IMG/VR virus record: IMGVR_UViG_2875697941_000001
Source: a virus
Lineage: Duplodnaviria; Heunggongvirae; Uroviricota; Caudoviricetes
Direction: 5' to 3' (one strand)
Length of the DNA stretch: 64,000 nucleotides
Shown: positions 40,474-55,745 of the stretch, in pieces
Numbering within the stretch: the stretch's first letter is position 1
Layout: every line of letters starts with the position of its first letter
The notes under the pieces: generated by a model
Told to the model about the DNA's origin: nothing
The model's input: the letters and a program-made list of their open reading frames with translations, nothing else
Databases searched by the model: none
Position numbers and translations under genes: made by a program

Positions 40474-41773
40474 TTACACTGGTGTGTTCAGCAAATCGTT
40501 AACGGCATCAGATGCCGGGTTACCTGCAGCCAGTGGTGCCGGTGCCCCCTGCATCAGACGATCCAGCGCAGTGTCACTGCGCGCCTGTGCACTCTGTGGT
40601 GCAGCTGCCAGAATGCGGCGGGCCGTTTCCACGGTCATACCGGGGGTTTCGGCCAGCACACGTGCCTGTTCTTCGCGTCCGTGAGCTTCCTCACAGTTGA
40701 GGATCCCCATAATGCGGCTGTTTTCTGCCGCAACCGCAGCGGTGATCTGCGCGTTCACGTCCGGCTGCGCCGCGCTGGCGTTTTCGCCCTCCGTCGCTTG
40801 CACCACGTCAGTAACGTCAGCCTGCGAAGCAGTGGCTGAAACAGTTGTTGATTGAGTCTCTTTGGTCATTCGCCCTCCTGAGAGACGGGATTTACGTGCA
40901 TCCAGTGCATCACGCATAACAGTGATCGCATCGGTGCTGTTGACAAGTTCATCAGCCAGTCCGGCATCAATGGCCTCCTGACCGCTGTACACTGCAGCCT
41001 CGGTATCCAGCACAGCCTGCACGGACAGGCCGGTATATGCCGACACCTTCTGCGCAAACATCCGGCGGGTTGCATCCATCCGGGACTGCAGTGTCTCCCG
41101 GACATCACCCGGTAGATGGCTGTAGGGGTTGCCATCCACCTTATGGCTGCCGCTGTAAATCAGCGTGATTTCCACGCCCTGTTTCTCCAGCGCAGCACCG
41201 TAATTACTGTGAGCCATCATGACGCCGATGGAGCCTGTCCGGGCGGTCTGCGTGACCAGACGTCGGGAGGCGGCGCTGGCAAGCAACTGACCTGCACTGC
41301 AGTTCATGTCGTTGGCCAGCGCCCATACCGGCTTTATGTCACGCACACGGGCGATGATGTCAGCGCAGTCAAATGCCCCTGCCACCATCCCGCCTGGCGT
41401 ATCCATATCGAGCAGAATGCCGTCCACCATCGGGTCGCTGGCAGCCTGTTGCAGACGGGCGATAATGCCGTTGTAACCGGTCATCCCCGAATACGGCTGC
41501 AGCGCTCGCGTCCGGCTGACCAGCGTGCCGGACACCGGCAGCACGGCGATGCCGTTCATGACCTGATAACTGCGGGCCTGTCGTGGTCCGTCATCATCAC
41601 CGGATAACGCCAGCGCCGCGGGTGCCTCTCCGGCAGTCAGGCTGTCGCCGGATACTGCATCCGTCAGGCGACTGATCCCAAGCTGGCCTGCAAGCGCACA
41701 AAAGAAAACCCGCGCATAGGCGGGTTCAAGCATCAGCGGCTCATTAAAGGCCATGCTGGCAATATGCGGGAGA

Positions 41774-41793
<20 letters not shown>
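40474..41793 (-). CDS. C: capsid assembly protease C (scaffold Nu3 encoded in-frame in its 3' part)
   Basis: 439 aa from (V/M)TAELRNLPHIASMAFNEPLMLEPAYARVFF; overlaps B 3' end by 20 nt as in lambda. Confidence 0.9.
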
Positions 41794-45474
<3,681 letters not shown>

Positions 45475-45500
<26 letters not shown>

Positions 45501-46020
45501 TCAGCAACCCCGGTATCAGTTCATCCAGCGCGGCTGCTTTGTTCATGGCTTTGATGATATCCCGTTTCAGGAAATCAACATGTCGGTTTTCCAGTTCCGG
45601 AAAACGCCGCTGCACCGACAGGGGGATCCCGTCGAGAATACTGGCAATTTCACCTGCGATCCGCGACAGCACGAAAGTACAGAATGCGGTTTCCACCACT
45701 TCAGCGGAGTCTCTGGCATTTTTCAGCTCCTGTGCGTCGGCCTGCGCACGCGTAAGTCGATGGCGTTCGTACTCAATAGTCCCTGGCTGGAGATCTGTCT
45801 CGCTGGCCTGCCGCAGTTCTTCAACTTCCCGGCACAGCTTTTCGTTCTCAATTTCAGCATCCCTTTCGGCATACCATCTTATAACGGCGGCAGAGTCATA
45901 AAGCACCTCATTACCCTTGCCACCGCCTCGCAGAACGGGCATTCCCTGTTCCTGCCAGTTCTGAATGGTACGGATACTCGCACCGAAAATGTCAGCCAGC
46001 TGCTTTTTGTTGACTTCCAT
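45475..46020 (-). CDS. Nu1: terminase small subunit Nu1
   Basis: 181-aa ORF MEVNKKQLADIFGASIRTIQNWQEQGMPV matches lambda Nu1. Confidence 0.95.
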
Positions 46021-46099
46021 TGTTCATTCCACGGCCAAAAACAGAGAAAGGAAACGACAGAGGCCCAAAAGCTCGTTTTCAGCACCTGTCGTTTCCTTT

Positions 46100-46230
46100 C
46101 TTTTCAGGGGGTATTTTAAATAAAAACATTAAGTTACGACGAAGAAGAACGGAAATGCCTTAAACCGGAAAATTTTCATAAATAGCGAAAACCCGCGAGG
46201 TCGCCGCCCCGTAACCTGTCGGATCGCCGG
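46100..46230. other. cos: cos site (cosN cohesive-end sequence AGGTCGCCGCCC at 46198..46209, cosB toward Nu1)
   Basis: plus strand CGAAAACCCGCGAGGTCGCCGCCCC is the reverse complement of lambda cosN GGGCGGCGACCT with flanking sequence. Confidence 0.85.
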
Positions 46231-46408
46231 AAAGGACCCGAAAAATGATAATAATTATCATCTACATATCACAACGTGCATCTACGCCATCAAACCACGT
46301 CAAATAATCAATTATGACGCAGGTATCGTATTAATTGATCTGCATCAACTTAACGTAAAAACAACTTCAGACAATACAAATCAGCGACACTGAATACGGG
46401 GCAACCTC

Positions 46409-46603
46409 ATGTCAACTAAGAACAGAACCCGCAGAACAACAACCCGCAACATCCGCTTTCCTAACCAAATGATTGAACAAATTAACATCGCTCTTGAGCA
46501 AAAAGGGTCTGGGAATTTCTCAGCCTGGGTCATTGAAGCCTGCCGTCGGAGACTAACGTCAGAAAAGAGAGCATATACATCAATCCAAAGTGATGATGAA
46601 TAA
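46409..46603 (+). CDS. small basic protein (lambda late-region accessory ORF)
   Basis: 64-aa ORF MSTKNRTRRTTTRNIRFPNQMIEQINIALEQKG between cos and bor. Confidence 0.5.
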   Translation: MSTKNRTRRTTTRNIRFPNQMIEQINIALEQKGSGNFSAWVIEACRRRLTSEKRAYTSIQSDDE

Positions 46604-46965
46604 ACATCCCGGTTTCTTCCACCATCGCACCGGAAAAGCGACTATGAGGGTAACCCTGCGTCTGTCAGCACAGTAAAACCCGGTGTGCATCGTTTTTGAT
46701 TATTCCCGCACACTCACGCAGAAGGAATTCCCCGTCGGGCTACGGTCATGGTTAATGCGGGAATACGGCGACGATACAGCGCAGCTAAAAGGGTAATGGA
46801 CAGAAAGAGCGGTTTATTTCATTCCACAGGATTCTGAGTGCCCCCAACTTCCTCCAATAGTCTGAGCGTACACCTATATAGTTTTAATTTTCATCAATCC
46901 ATTTAACTATCGTTTAATTGTTGTCACATAGGATTCTGCCGTTTTTAACAATGCAGGATAATAAG

Positions 46966-47259
46966 ATGAAAAAAATGTTGTTTTCTGCCGCTCTGGCAAT
47001 GCTTATTACAGGATGTGCTCAACAGACGTTTACTGTTGGAAACAAACCGACAGCAGTAACACCAAAGGAAACCATCACCCATCACTTCTTCGTTTCGGGA
47101 ATTGGACAGGAGAAAACTGTTGATGCAGCCAAAATTTGTGGCGGCGCAGAAAATGTTGTTAAAACAGAAACCCAGCAAACATTCGTAAATGGATTGCTCG
47201 GTTTTATTACTTTAGGCATTTATACTCCGCTGGAAGCGCGTGTGTATTGCTCACAATAA
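46966..47259 (+). CDS. bor: Bor lipoprotein (serum-resistance lysogenic conversion protein)
   Basis: 97 aa from MKKMLFSAALAMLITGCAQQTFTV; lipobox; transcribed opposite to late genes as in lambda. Confidence 0.9.
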   Translation: MKKMLFSAALAMLITGCAQQTFTVGNKPTAVTPKETITHHFFVSGIGQEKTVDAAKICGGAENVVKTETQQTFVNGLLGFITLGIYTPLEARVYCSQ

Positions 47260-47290
47260 TTGCATGAGTTGCCCATCGATATGGGCAGCT

Positions 47291-47752
47291 CTATCTGCAC
47301 TGCTCATTAATATACTTCTGGGTTCCTTCCAGTTGTTTTTGCATAGTGATCAGCCTCTCTCTGAGGGTGAAATAATCCCGTTCAGCGGTGTCTGCCAGTC
47401 GGGGGGAGGCTGCATTATCCACGCCGGAGGCGGTGGTGGCTTCACGCACTGACTGACAGACTGCTTTGATGTGCAACCGACGACGACCAGCGGCAACATC
47501 ATCACGCAGAGCATCATTTTCAGCTTTCGCATCAGCTAACTCCTTCGTGTATTTTGCATCGAGCGCAGCAACATCACGCTGACGCATCTGCATGTCAGTA
47601 ATTGCCGCGTTCGCCAGCTTCAGTTCTCTGGCATTTTTGTCGCGCTGGGCTTTGTAGGTAATGGCGTTATCACGGTAATGATTAACAGCCCATGACAGGC
47701 AGACGATGATGCAGATAACCAGAGCGGAGATAATCGCGGTTACTCTGTTCAT
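47291..47752 (-). CDS. Rz: i-spanin Rz
   Basis: 153 aa from [38 protein letters not shown] matches lambda Rz. Confidence 0.9.
   Translation of the reverse strand: MNRVTAIISALVICIIVCLSWAVNHYRDNAITYKAQRDKNARELKLANAAITDMQMRQRDVAALDAKYTKELADAKAENDALRDDVAAGRRRLHIKAVCQSVREATTASGVDNAASPRLADTAERDYFTLRERLITMQKQLEGTQKYINEQCR
47350..47532 (-). CDS. Rz1: o-spanin Rz1 (lipoprotein embedded in Rz, +1 frame)
   Basis: 60-aa [41 protein letters not shown] matches lambda Rz1. Confidence 0.9.
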   Translation of the reverse strand: MRKLKMMLCVMMLPLVVVGCTSKQSVSQCVKPPPPPAWIMQPPPDWQTPLNGIISPSERG

Positions 47753-48243
47753 TGCTGACCCCACAAACAGATTTCACGCTCAATCTCACGACGAGTCATG
47801 AGACCTTTCCATTGCTTACCGCCAGCATATGTCCAGCGACGTAGCTGATCACATGCGCCTTTGATATCGCCCTGGTTTATTTTGCGAAGAAGCGTCGATG
47901 TTCTGAAATTGCCAGCACCCACGTTGTAAACGAATGAGTAAAGAGCGCCGCGCGTTGTTTCCGGTATATCGACTTCGATGTACGGGTTAATTTGTCTGGC
48001 GACAGTGGCAAGGTCTTTATTCAAGAGTGCTTTGCATTCTGCTTTGGTATACGTTTTACCGAGCATGATGTCTTTTCCTGTATGCCCGTGACATACAGTC
48101 CATACACCAACAATATCTTTGTATGGTATGTAGCTGACACCTTCCAGACCATCGTTACCACTTGGGCCAGTGATTAACACTGATGCTATAGCAATTGCTC
48201 CGCCACCAATAGCAGCAACGGCTTTTCGTAATGATGGAGGCAT
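47749..48243 (-). CDS. R: SAR endolysin (lysozyme), phage 21 R-type
   Basis: 164-aa ORF with N-terminal Gly/Ala-rich signal-anchor-release segment and lysozyme catalytic region; overlaps Rz start. Confidence 0.85.
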   Translation of the reverse strand: MPPSLRKAVAAIGGGAIAIASVLITGPSGNDGLEGVSYIPYKDIVGVWTVCHGHTGKDIMLGKTYTKAECKALLNKDLATVARQINPYIEVDIPETTRGALYSFVYNVGAGNFRTSTLLRKINQGDIKGACDQLRRWTYAGGKQWKGLMTRREIEREICLWGQQ

Positions 48244-48458
48244 TATTCACCTCTCGCAGCCTTGCGCTTATCTTCTTTAATCTTGAAATAAAGGTTTGTC
48301 AGGTACGTCAGCAGGCCAAATACCAGGCTACCCAGCACACCTATTGCTGCCCACTGTGAGGGCGTGACTTTATCGAGCAGCTGTAAAAACCAGTAACCGG
48401 CACTACCTGCTGAGGTGCCATAGGCGACACCCGTTGTTAACTTATCCATGGATTTCAT
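48243..48458 (-). CDS. S: pinholin S (phage 21 type), dual-start motif
   Basis: [26 protein letters not shown]; two TM segments; ORF-track start further upstream likely spurious. Confidence 0.8.
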
Positions 48459-49046
48459 AACCCCACCTCGCAGACAAAGCGGGTGTAAATTGAGGGAATA
48501 CAACGTATCGCAAAAAAGCAGAAACGTAACAGACTCGGAGTCAGTGAATAACTCAGGTATTGAGTTATCAGCTAATATCGAGACTCAAAAAATGGAAAAA
48601 CCAGCTCGACGGCGGGTTTAAGCTGTGTGACGAAGTAACCACTCTTAACAGCATAACCAATTTTTTACGTACGTAAACCACTGAATGATATTTATGAGAA
48701 TGCTACCGAGTGTTCAAAACACCACCACAAATACATAAGAAAACCTCAACAAATAACCAATAAATAATTTCAGACGTTATTTTTAGTTGATTTAAATTAA
48801 ACTGCTGAATTATAGAACCTCCATAAATAACAACCATTAATATAAATTAGCTAATAGGTTTATTTTTGTTCAAATAAGAGCCATAAATAGGTTTCGATAG
48901 AAAAAGTTCAGATAAAAATAGAGATCTACTTCACAAATTAAATGAGAAACTAAAACTTACATCTTGAAATAATCACATTGATTAGATGAATATTTATCGC
49001 GCAGTGACATCATTTTTTAATAATAGTTCAAAAAAAAGGGCTCACG

Positions 49047-50144
49047 ATGAAAAAATTAACAGTGGCAATTTCTGCTGTAGCTGCATCAGTACTGATGGCG
49101 ATGTCTGCTCAGGCAGCTGAAATTTATAATAAAGACAGTAACAAGCTGGATCTGTACGGGAAAGTTAATGCCAAGCACTACTTCTCCTCTAATGATGCAG
49201 ATGATGGTGATACTACTTATGCCCGTCTTGGCTTCAAAGGTGAAACCCAAATCAACGATCAACTGACTGGTTTCGGTCAGTGGGAATATGAATTCAAAGG
49301 CAACCGCGCTGAATCTCAAGGTTCCTCCAAAGACAAAACCCGTCTTGCATTTGCAGGCCTGAAATTCGGTGACTACGGCTCAATCGATTACGGCCGTAAC
49401 TACGGTGTAGCATACGACATCGGTGCGTGGACTGACGTTCTGCCAGAATTCGGTGGCGATACCTGGACCCAAACAGATGTGTTCATGACTGGTCGCACCA
49501 CTGGTGTTGCAACCTATCGTAACAACGACTTCTTTGGTCTGGTTGATGGTCTGAACTTTGCTGCTCAGTACCAAGGCAAAAACGATCGTAGCGATTTCGA
49601 TAACTACACTGAAGGTAACGGTGATGGCTTCGGTTTCTCTGCTACCTATGAATACGAAGGATTCGGTATCGGTGCAACTTATGCGAAATCTGATCGTACC
49701 GACACTCAAGTTAATGCAGGGAAAGTTCTTCCTGAAGTATTTGCTTCCGGTAAAAATGCAGAAGTTTGGGCCGCAGGTCTGAAATATGACGCTAACAACA
49801 TTTACCTGGCCACTACCTATTCTGAAACCCAGAATATGACTGTATTTGCTGATCACTTCGTTGCTAATAAAGCCCAAAACTTCGAAGCTGTTGCACAATA
49901 TCAGTTCGATTTCGGTCTGCGTCCGTCCGTTGCTTACCTGCAATCTAAAGGTAAGGATCTTGGAGTATGGGGCGATCAGGACTTAGTCAAATATGTTGAT
50001 GTAGGTGCAACCTATTACTTCAACAAAAATATGTCTACTTTCGTTGATTACAAAATCAACCTGCTTGACAAAAATGACTTCACTAAAGCACTCGGTGTAA
50101 GCACTGATGACATCGTTGCTGTAGGTCTGGTTTACCAGTTCTAA
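49047..50144 (+). CDS. nmpC: general porin, NmpC/OmpD/Lc-like (prophage moron)
   Basis: 365-aa ORF with signal peptide [23 protein letters not shown], porin beta-barrel hallmarks and C-terminal YQF; transcribed opposite to late genes between Q and S. Confidence 0.85.
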   Translation: MKKLTVAISAVAASVLMAMSAQAAEIYNKDSNKLDLYGKVNAKHYFSSNDADDGDTTYARLGFKGETQINDQLTGFGQWEYEFKGNRAESQGSSKDKTRLAFAGLKFGDYGSIDYGRNYGVAYDIGAWTDVLPEFGGDTWTQTDVFMTGRTTGVATYRNNDFFGLVDGLNFAAQYQGKNDRSDFDNYTEGNGDGFGFSATYEYEGFGIGATYAKSDRTDTQVNAGKVLPEVFASGKNAEVWAAGLKYDANNIYLATTYSETQNMTVFADHFVANKAQNFEAVAQYQFDFGLRPSVAYLQSKGKDLGVWGDQDLVKYVDVGATYYFNKNMSTFVDYKINLLDKNDFTKALGVSTDDIVAVGLVYQF

Positions 50145-50282
50145 TCTGATTACGAAAAAGATATGTTGCGGGAGGCGTTGCCTCCCCAACATATAAGTGG
50201 CTCCCTCAAGCCACTTCCTTTAGAAGCACAACCTTGCTTCTAACTATATAAACCTTCTGTTATATATTACCCTTTATTTTTG

Positions 50283-50311
50283 GGGGCGTCTCAACGCCCC
50301 ATTTTTAATAA
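50283..50311 (+). terminator. rho-independent terminator between nmpC and Q
   Basis: GGGGCG-TCTCAA-CGCCCC followed by ATTTTTAAT. Confidence 0.45.
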
Positions 50312-50333
50312 CTTTTAGTAAATAATTGGCATA

Positions 50334-50732
50334 TTAATTAGAGTTATTAACAACGATATCCATCTCTAACCGGATATCTAATGCCATTAACATCCCTTCA
50401 ATTATGCCCTCAGCCTTCTGTAACCTTTTCCCGATATAACCATCAGAGCAGCAATGCTTACCTGCCAGTGACATGAATGTCATACCGACTACATAATAAT
50501 CTACTAATAAATCATGCAAATCGCTGTTGTTCTTTTTCAGACGGGCCATGCACCCGCAAATGATCATCGCGTCATCGTCACAACATTGTGGGCGAGATTT
50601 TACTTTTGAAGGAATTAATCCCTTAAAACCGGCGGCAATGGACGACCAGGTCACATCTTCATGATTATTAGCCGCCCACGCTCCCCAACGCTCAAGAACC
50701 ATCTGAATATCACGCATCAACTTACTCCACAA
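50334..50732 (-). CDS. Q: late antiterminator Q (phage 21 / DLP12 QuuD-like)
   Basis: about 130-aa ORF immediately upstream of lysis cassette; Cys-rich zinc-binding region. Confidence 0.7.
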   Translation of the reverse strand: MWSKLMRDIQMVLERWGAWAANNHEDVTWSSIAAGFKGLIPSKVKSRPQCCDDDAMIICGCMARLKKNNSDLHDLLVDYYVVGMTFMSLAGKHCCSDGYIGKRLQKAEGIIEGMLMALDIRLEMDIVVNNSN

Positions 50733-50939
50733 AACTCAGACCAGAACGCCAATTACAAGCAAAAATCAACAAAACAGTATTAGTTGATTGTTATCTCTGA
50801 CTTCATACTCCTGCTCCTGTCAGTGTTTTGGCGTAATTCTTCAGTATTCGGTAATCGGTCAAAACAGAACCGGGGAAACGATATAAGCGCAGGCGCATCC
50901 AGCGGTGGCGAAGAAGTTCTGCCATATAAAACTCAAACA

Positions 50940-51302
50940 TCATTCATCTCCCTGTTCAGTGATGGTCAGTTCCAGCTTTCCACCTTTGACAACCGGCATC
51001 TTCACAACGCGGTAATCAACGACCTGAGCATCATCCAGCCAGAAACCTGCTTTGGTGAGTGCGTCAAAAGCGGCCTTTTGTAGATTATCCAGGTCACGGC
51101 GACGGCGATCCGGCATGTGACACTCAATGCGGATTTTCACAGGCATAGCCAGGCCGATATCCAGCATTGCGTTTTTAATGATTCGGGCGACGTTTTCGCG
51201 GTATGCCTGCCCCTCTGCGCTGATGTGCGTGCGCCCGCGATTATGGCGGTAATAGCGATTATTGCTCGGCGGCCAGGGTAATGTGATATTGTAGGTATTC
51301 AC
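50940..51302 (-). CDS. rusA: Holliday junction resolvase RusA
   Basis: 120-aa [38 protein letters not shown] matches RusA. Confidence 0.9.
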   Translation of the reverse strand: MNTYNITLPWPPSNNRYYRHNRGRTHISAEGQAYRENVARIIKNAMLDIGLAMPVKIRIECHMPDRRRRDLDNLQKAAFDALTKAGFWLDDAQVVDYRVVKMPVVKGGKLELTITEQGDE

Positions 51303-51508
51303 GCCTTAATAACCCCCTCTTTCAGCCAGATAAACTGTGTTCTCGCCATACCTTCCAGCGCGCATTCTTTTGCATATGCAGCATCGACTTGCTTGGCATG
51401 CCCTTTACCGGCAATCTTCTGTATGCGCTAAACCTAGATAGAATCCACTCTGTGCACATTGAAGCCCGCTCTATGCTTCCTTTCAGGTATTGAAGGGATT
51501 GAGATGGG

Positions 51509-51853
51509 CTAAGCATTATTGGCCTCCTGCATCAGGAGAAAGACAATCATGGCGGCGCGGAGAGGTCTGGTATCAAATATTGGGCTTACGCCTTTTGCAT
51601 CCACACACCATTCAGTTAACTGGTCTAAGATAGAAATCCTGTATTTCTCAATAATCGGCCATGAAGCGCTCGGATCATTGCAGTAGTCAGGCAAATGATT
51701 TAATGGCTCAAAAGTTGTATCAGCATTTCCGTAATACCATTTGTTGGTGTTATTCCCTGATGTTTCCGGTTTACTTGCCCAAAGGCCTTTAAAAATTATG
51801 TCTCCTACCATTCTGTTAATTTCAAAATCACTTAACTGTGAATAATCCATTGT
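51509..51853 (-). CDS. hypothetical nin-region protein
   Basis: about 114 aa from [17 protein letters not shown]; start overlaps ninE stop (ATGA). Confidence 0.45.
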   Translation of the reverse strand, partial: TMDYSQLSDFEINRMVGDIIFKGLWASKPETSGNNTNKWYYGNADTTFEPLNHLPDYCNDPSASWPIIEKYRISILDQLTEWCVDAKGVSPIFDTRPLRAAMIVFLLMQEANNA

Positions 51854-52029
51854 CATTTCCTCGCACGATATCTTAGCCACCGGATATCCCACAGGTGAGC
51901 TGTGTAATTGAAGGTTTTTACGTCAGATTCTTTTGGGATTGGCTTGCGTTTATTTCTGGAGCGTTTCGTTGGAAGGTATTTGCAGTTTTCGCAGATGATG
52001 TCGGTGAAACTTCGTCGCTGTCGCCTCAT
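51853..52029 (-). CDS. ninE: NinE
   Basis: [53 protein letters not shown] matches lambda NinE. Confidence 0.8.
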   Translation of the reverse strand: MRRQRRSFTDIICENCKYLPTKRSRNKRKPIPKESDVKTFNYTAHLWDIRWLRYRARK

Positions 52030-52553
52030 GCCGCCCTCCTGACGCCCTGCCCGATCGCCATCAATGCCGCTTTGGATACGGTAGTAAACATCCGTCGAGG
52101 ACTGATGAACGGTCGCCAAATCAGCAGCATGGAGCCTTTGCTGTTTCCCTTCTTCTCCAGCCCTGTCGATGGTTCGATAAAATTAATCCGTCCATCAGTG
52201 ATAATGCGAACTTCGTCGACACTCTCCAGAGCCTTGCTGAACCATCCGACTGACATATCCTCTGGCACAAGCATAACTACCGTCTGTCGCTGTTGTATGC
52301 ACTGCTCAGCAGCTTTTTCCACCCACGGCCTGATATTGCTGTACGGTGGGTTATTCCAGATTGCACCGTGGCTTACCCACTCAGAATTGAGCGCGTCGTC
52401 GGCCTCAGTTAGCCAGTGAGCACACAGAGCATTTTTGTCGCTCGCTGCCGAATCCAGCCAGAATCCAAACTCAATATCCAGTGCATCAAAAAGCCAAAGC
52501 GGCGTTTGCCAGCAGTCCTTGTCGTGTGCTGGCGTATTTGATTTGATAGTCAT
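52026..52553 (-). CDS. orphan phage DNA N6-adenine methyltransferase (Dam-like)
   Basis: [15 protein letters not shown]...NPPY motifs; occupies lambda ninC-ninD position; ATGA overlap with ninB stop. Confidence 0.7.
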   Translation of the reverse strand: MTIKSNTPAHDKDCWQTPLWLFDALDIEFGFWLDSAASDKNALCAHWLTEADDALNSEWVSHGAIWNNPPYSNIRPWVEKAAEQCIQQRQTVVMLVPEDMSVGWFSKALESVDEVRIITDGRINFIEPSTGLEKKGNSKGSMLLIWRPFISPRRMFTTVSKAALMAIGQGVRRAA

Positions 52554-52990
52554 GCAGCCCGATCTCCCCATCTCGCTTTCCACTCCAGAGCCAGTCTCGC
52601 TTCGTCTGACCACTTAACGCCACGCTCTGTACCGAATGCCTGTATAAGCTCTAATAGCTCCGCAAATTCGCCTACACGCATCCTGCTGGTTGACTGGCCT
52701 ATTACCACAAAGCCATTCCCGGCAAGGTTAGGAACAACATCCTGCTGCTTTAATGCTGCGGTAAACACACACTTCCAGCTTTCTGCATCCAGCCAGCGAC
52801 CATGCCATTCAACCTGACGAGAGACGTCACCTAAGCAGGCCCATAGCTTCCTGTTTTGGTCTAAGCTGCGGTTGCGTTCCTGAATGGTTACTACGATTGG
52901 TTTGGTTGGGTCTGGAAGGATTTGCTGTACTGCGTGAATAGCGTTTTGCTGATGTGCTGGAGATCGAATTTCAAAGGTTAGTTTTTTCAT
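52550..52990 (-). CDS. ninB: NinB (Orf-family recombination mediator)
   Basis: 146 aa from MKKLTFEIRSPAHQQNAIHAVQQILPDPTKPIVVTIQE matches lambda NinB. Confidence 0.9.
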   Translation of the reverse strand: MKKLTFEIRSPAHQQNAIHAVQQILPDPTKPIVVTIQERNRSLDQNRKLWACLGDVSRQVEWHGRWLDAESWKCVFTAALKQQDVVPNLAGNGFVVIGQSTSRMRVGEFAELLELIQAFGTERGVKWSDEARLALEWKARWGDRAA

Positions 52991-53063
52991 GACTTCCCTC
53001 TCCCCCAAATAAAAAGGCCTGCGATTACCAGCAGGCCTGTTATTAGCTCAGTAATGTAGATGG

Positions 53064-53354
53064 TCATCTTTTAACTCCATATACCGCCAATACCCGTTTC
53101 ATCGCGGCACTCTGGCGACACTCCTTAAAAATCAGGTTCGTGCTCATCTTTCCTTCCCGTTCTTCCCTGGTAGCAAACCGGTAATACACCGTTCGCCAGA
53201 CCTTACCTTCGATAACCAGAAGACCTGCCCGTGCCATTTTAGCCGCGGCCTGATTTATGCTGGTTACTGTTGCGCCTGTTAGCGCGGCAACGTCCGGCGC
53301 ACAGAAGCTATTATGCGTCCCCAGGTAATGAATAATTGCCTCTTTGCCCTTCAT
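53064..53354 (-). CDS. ren: Ren
   Basis: 96-aa ORF directly downstream of P as in lambda. Confidence 0.75.
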   Translation of the reverse strand: MKGKEAIIHYLGTHNSFCAPDVAALTGATVTSINQAAAKMARAGLLVIEGKVWRTVYYRFATREEREGKMSTNLIFKECRQSAAMKRVLAVYGVKR

Positions 53355-54052
53355 ACACTTGCTCCTTTCAGTCCGAACTTAGCTTTAATTTCTGCGATCT
53401 TCGCCAGAGCCTGTGCACGATTTAGAGGTCTACCGCCCATAACAGGAAGTTGTTTTACTGGTTCAGGTATCGTCTCACCACGGTTAATTCGCGCTGTCAT
53501 ACAGGTCAGTTCATCGGCAGCCTTGCGCCGTAATTCCGCATCAGTAAGCGCATTGGCCCGCATGTTCTGATACAGGTTGGTAACCAGCCAGTAGTGCGCG
53601 TTTGATTTCCACGGATAAGACTCCGCATCCGGATACAGGCCTCGCTTCCGGCAATACTCGTAAACCATATCAACCAGCTCGCTGACGTTTGGCAGTCCGG
53701 CGATAACGGATGCTTCTTCCCGGCACCATGCAACAAACTGCCCGGGTGATGGCAGAAATGGTCGATTCTGCCGACGGGCTACGCGCATTCCTGCGTTAAC
53801 CTGTTCCATCGTGGTGATCCCGTTTTCCCGAAAAGCCAGAACCCACTGGCGACGGATTTCGTTCAGTTCGTTCTGGTCACGGTTAGCCAGACTCGCCGGG
53901 AAAGTTGCCAGTAACTGGCTGAACACACCGTTGATGATCTGCGCTACCTGCTGTACCTGCGGCTTTTCGTCGTACTGTTCCGGCATGTTGTTGGCGATCC
54001 GACGCATCTGCTCACGGTCAAAGTCAACCATCTGTGCGGCGATGTTTTTCAT
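53351..54052 (-). CDS. P: replication protein P (DnaB helicase loader)
   Basis: 233-aa ORF MKNIAAQMVDFDREQMRRIANNMPEQYDEKPQVQQ matches lambda P. Confidence 0.95.
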   Translation of the reverse strand: MKNIAAQMVDFDREQMRRIANNMPEQYDEKPQVQQVAQIINGVFSQLLATFPASLANRDQNELNEIRRQWVLAFRENGITTMEQVNAGMRVARRQNRPFLPSPGQFVAWCREEASVIAGLPNVSELVDMVYEYCRKRGLYPDAESYPWKSNAHYWLVTNLYQNMRANALTDAELRRKAADELTCMTARINRGETIPEPVKQLPVMGGRPLNRAQALAKIAEIKAKFGLKGASV

Positions 54053-54948
54053 AGATCCACCCCGTAAATCCAGTCTGTGTTTGTCAGGTCGAGTTTTGGT
54101 TTGCTGGCTGTCACGACTGCCTGTTGCTTGTTACGGTTGATTTCGAGCTGGGTCCACTTGTCGCGGAGTTTGGCCGGGCTAAGCACGTTACCGGACCAGA
54201 AGTTGTCCTGGCATGCCCAGCGGAACAGTACACACATGTCGCGATGGTTACGTCCGTCACGTTCACGCATCAGGCGGATATCGTTAGCCCACCCAGCAAA
54301 ATTCGGTTTTCTGGCTGATGGTGCGATAGTCTTCACCATGTCAAACATCCACTCTGCGGCGGTCAGGTCTTCTGCTGTCCCCCACTTGCTGCCGCTCTGA
54401 ATTGCAGCATCCGGTTTCACCACAGAAAGGTCGTTTTCTGGCTGGTCAGAGGATTCGCCAGAATTCTCTGACGAATAATCTTTTCTTTTTTCTTTTGTAA
54501 TAGTGTCTTTTGTGTCCCCCTGTTTTGAGGGATAGCAATCCCCCAATTTGAGGGATGTTTTATCCCTCGTTTTAGGGGATTTTCCCTCGTTTTGAGGGAT
54601 ACACCATTCTGAGATGTTTTTATTTGGTCCAAACATGCCGCCTTGCTGCTTGATAATATTCATTCTGACGAGTTCTAACTTGGCTTCATTGCACCGTTTG
54701 ACGGGTAACTTTGTAATCTCGCTAAGTTGAGAATCGGTGATTCTGTCCATTGGTTTATTCCACCCATAGGTTTTACGCAGAATGGCAAGCAGCACTTTAA
54801 ACTGTCGCTTGGTCAGATCTGCGCCCGAATAAGCCTCAAGCAGCATATTTGATAGTCTGGCGTAACCATCATCGAGATCTGCCACATTACGCTCCTGTCC
54901 GGCAAAGTTACCTCTGCCGAAGTTGAGTATTTTTGCTGTGTTTGTCAT
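54049..54948 (-). CDS. O: replication initiator O
   Basis: 299-aa ORF MTNTAKILNFGRGNFAGQERNVADLDDGYARLSNML matches lambda O; contains ori iterons. Confidence 0.95.
   Translation of the reverse strand: MTNTAKILNFGRGNFAGQERNVADLDDGYARLSNMLLEAYSGADLTKRQFKVLLAILRKTYGWNKPMDRITDSQLSEITKLPVKRCNEAKLELVRMNIIKQQGGMFGPNKNISEWCIPQNEGKSPKTRDKTSLKLGDCYPSKQGDTKDTITKEKRKDYSSENSGESSDQPENDLSVVKPDAAIQSGSKWGTAEDLTAAEWMFDMVKTIAPSARKPNFAGWANDIRLMRERDGRNHRDMCVLFRWACQDNFWSGNVLSPAKLRDKWTQLEINRNKQQAVVTASKPKLDLTNTDWIYGVDL
54470..54610. other. ori: ori lambda: four iterons (TCCCTCAAAACGAGGGA-type) plus adjacent AT-rich segment, inside O
   Basis: repeated CCCTCAAA...GGGA units and a T-rich tract at 54480..54510 read directly. 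Confidence 0.8.
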
Positions 54949-54980
54949 AATGACTCCTGTTGATAGATCCAGTAATGACC

Positions 54981-55277
54981 TCAGAACTCCATCTGGATTT
55001 GTTCAGAACGCTCGGTTGCCGCCGGGCGTTTTTTATTGGTGATTTCATCAAGCGCATACTTAAAAGCTCTGCTAATCGGACTGAGGTCTGATGCCATGCC
55101 AAAAGCACACAAGACCGAAGCTATAAACCTCCAGTCTGTTCTGCTTATCTTCGATTCATGACAGCCAATCATCTTTGCCAGACCGCGCTGAGTAAGCGTT
55201 GACAGGTTGATAAGTAAATCTGTTTCTGCGCGATCAACGTCGCGCTGTGATAGTTTGCTGTAATTTGTTTGTTCCAT
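54981..55277 (-). CDS. cII: CII-like transcriptional activator
   Basis: 98-aa ORF; C-terminus TNKKRPAATERSEQIQMEF matches lambda CII C-terminus; N-terminal part diverged. Confidence 0.75.
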   Translation of the reverse strand: MEQTNYSKLSQRDVDRAETDLLINLSTLTQRGLAKMIGCHESKISRTDWRFIASVLCAFGMASDLSPISRAFKYALDEITNKKRPAATERSEQIQMEF

Positions 55278-55418
55278 TTCTTAAGATTTCCAATAGTGAA
55301 TAGTTAGTTGAAAGGTATGCGTGGAAACGCATATGGCCTTAGTTGGTCAGATATCTTGGGGCTCGCTTTTCAGCGACGTAGGACGAATGTCCGTTGTTAC
55401 AAAGAGCGGCTCCGCTTA

Positions 55419-55634
55419 TTAAGCGGCTTTGTGCTCCGGCGGGAACACGTCATCAAGACTTACTTTTGCGCCTAACTTGTTTAGACACGCAACAAGAGCA
55501 CGGCATGTTTTAAGGTCTGGGAAGCGACGACCAGATTCCCAATGTCCGATAGCTCCCTGTGTGCATCCAACTGCCTTAGCAAGTGTTGTTTGAGAGATAT
55601 TCAGTGACTCTCGATATTTTCGTAGGTTGCTCAT
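55419..55634 (-). CDS. cro: Cro-like repressor (HTH), non-lambda immunity
   Basis: 71 aa from MSNLRKYRESLNISQTTLAKAVGCTQGAIGHWESGRR; GGAGG RBS; divergent from cI. Confidence 0.75.
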   Translation of the reverse strand: MSNLRKYRESLNISQTTLAKAVGCTQGAIGHWESGRRFPDLKTCRALVACLNKLGAKVSLDDVFPPEHKAA

Positions 55635-55745
55635 ATGCCCTCCATAGTAACCATGAAGAAAAAAATACAATATGTACTTTTTTAATGCAAGCAAAAATAC
55701 ACATTGTGCATGGATGGTTGCAATACAGAGCGTAATAATAAGGAC
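55635..55745. promoter_or_regulatory. OR region: divergent PR/PRM promoters and operators between cro and cI
   Basis: 111-bp intergenic region between divergent starts; repeated ATACA(A/C)ATGT-like half-sites. Confidence 0.5.

Noticed and set aside
49047-50144. Porin gene as evidence that host chromosome begins here (prophage boundary)
   Set aside because: It is flanked on both sides by phage genes (lysis cassette and Q/rusA/nin), so it is a prophage-borne moron, not a core-genome boundary.
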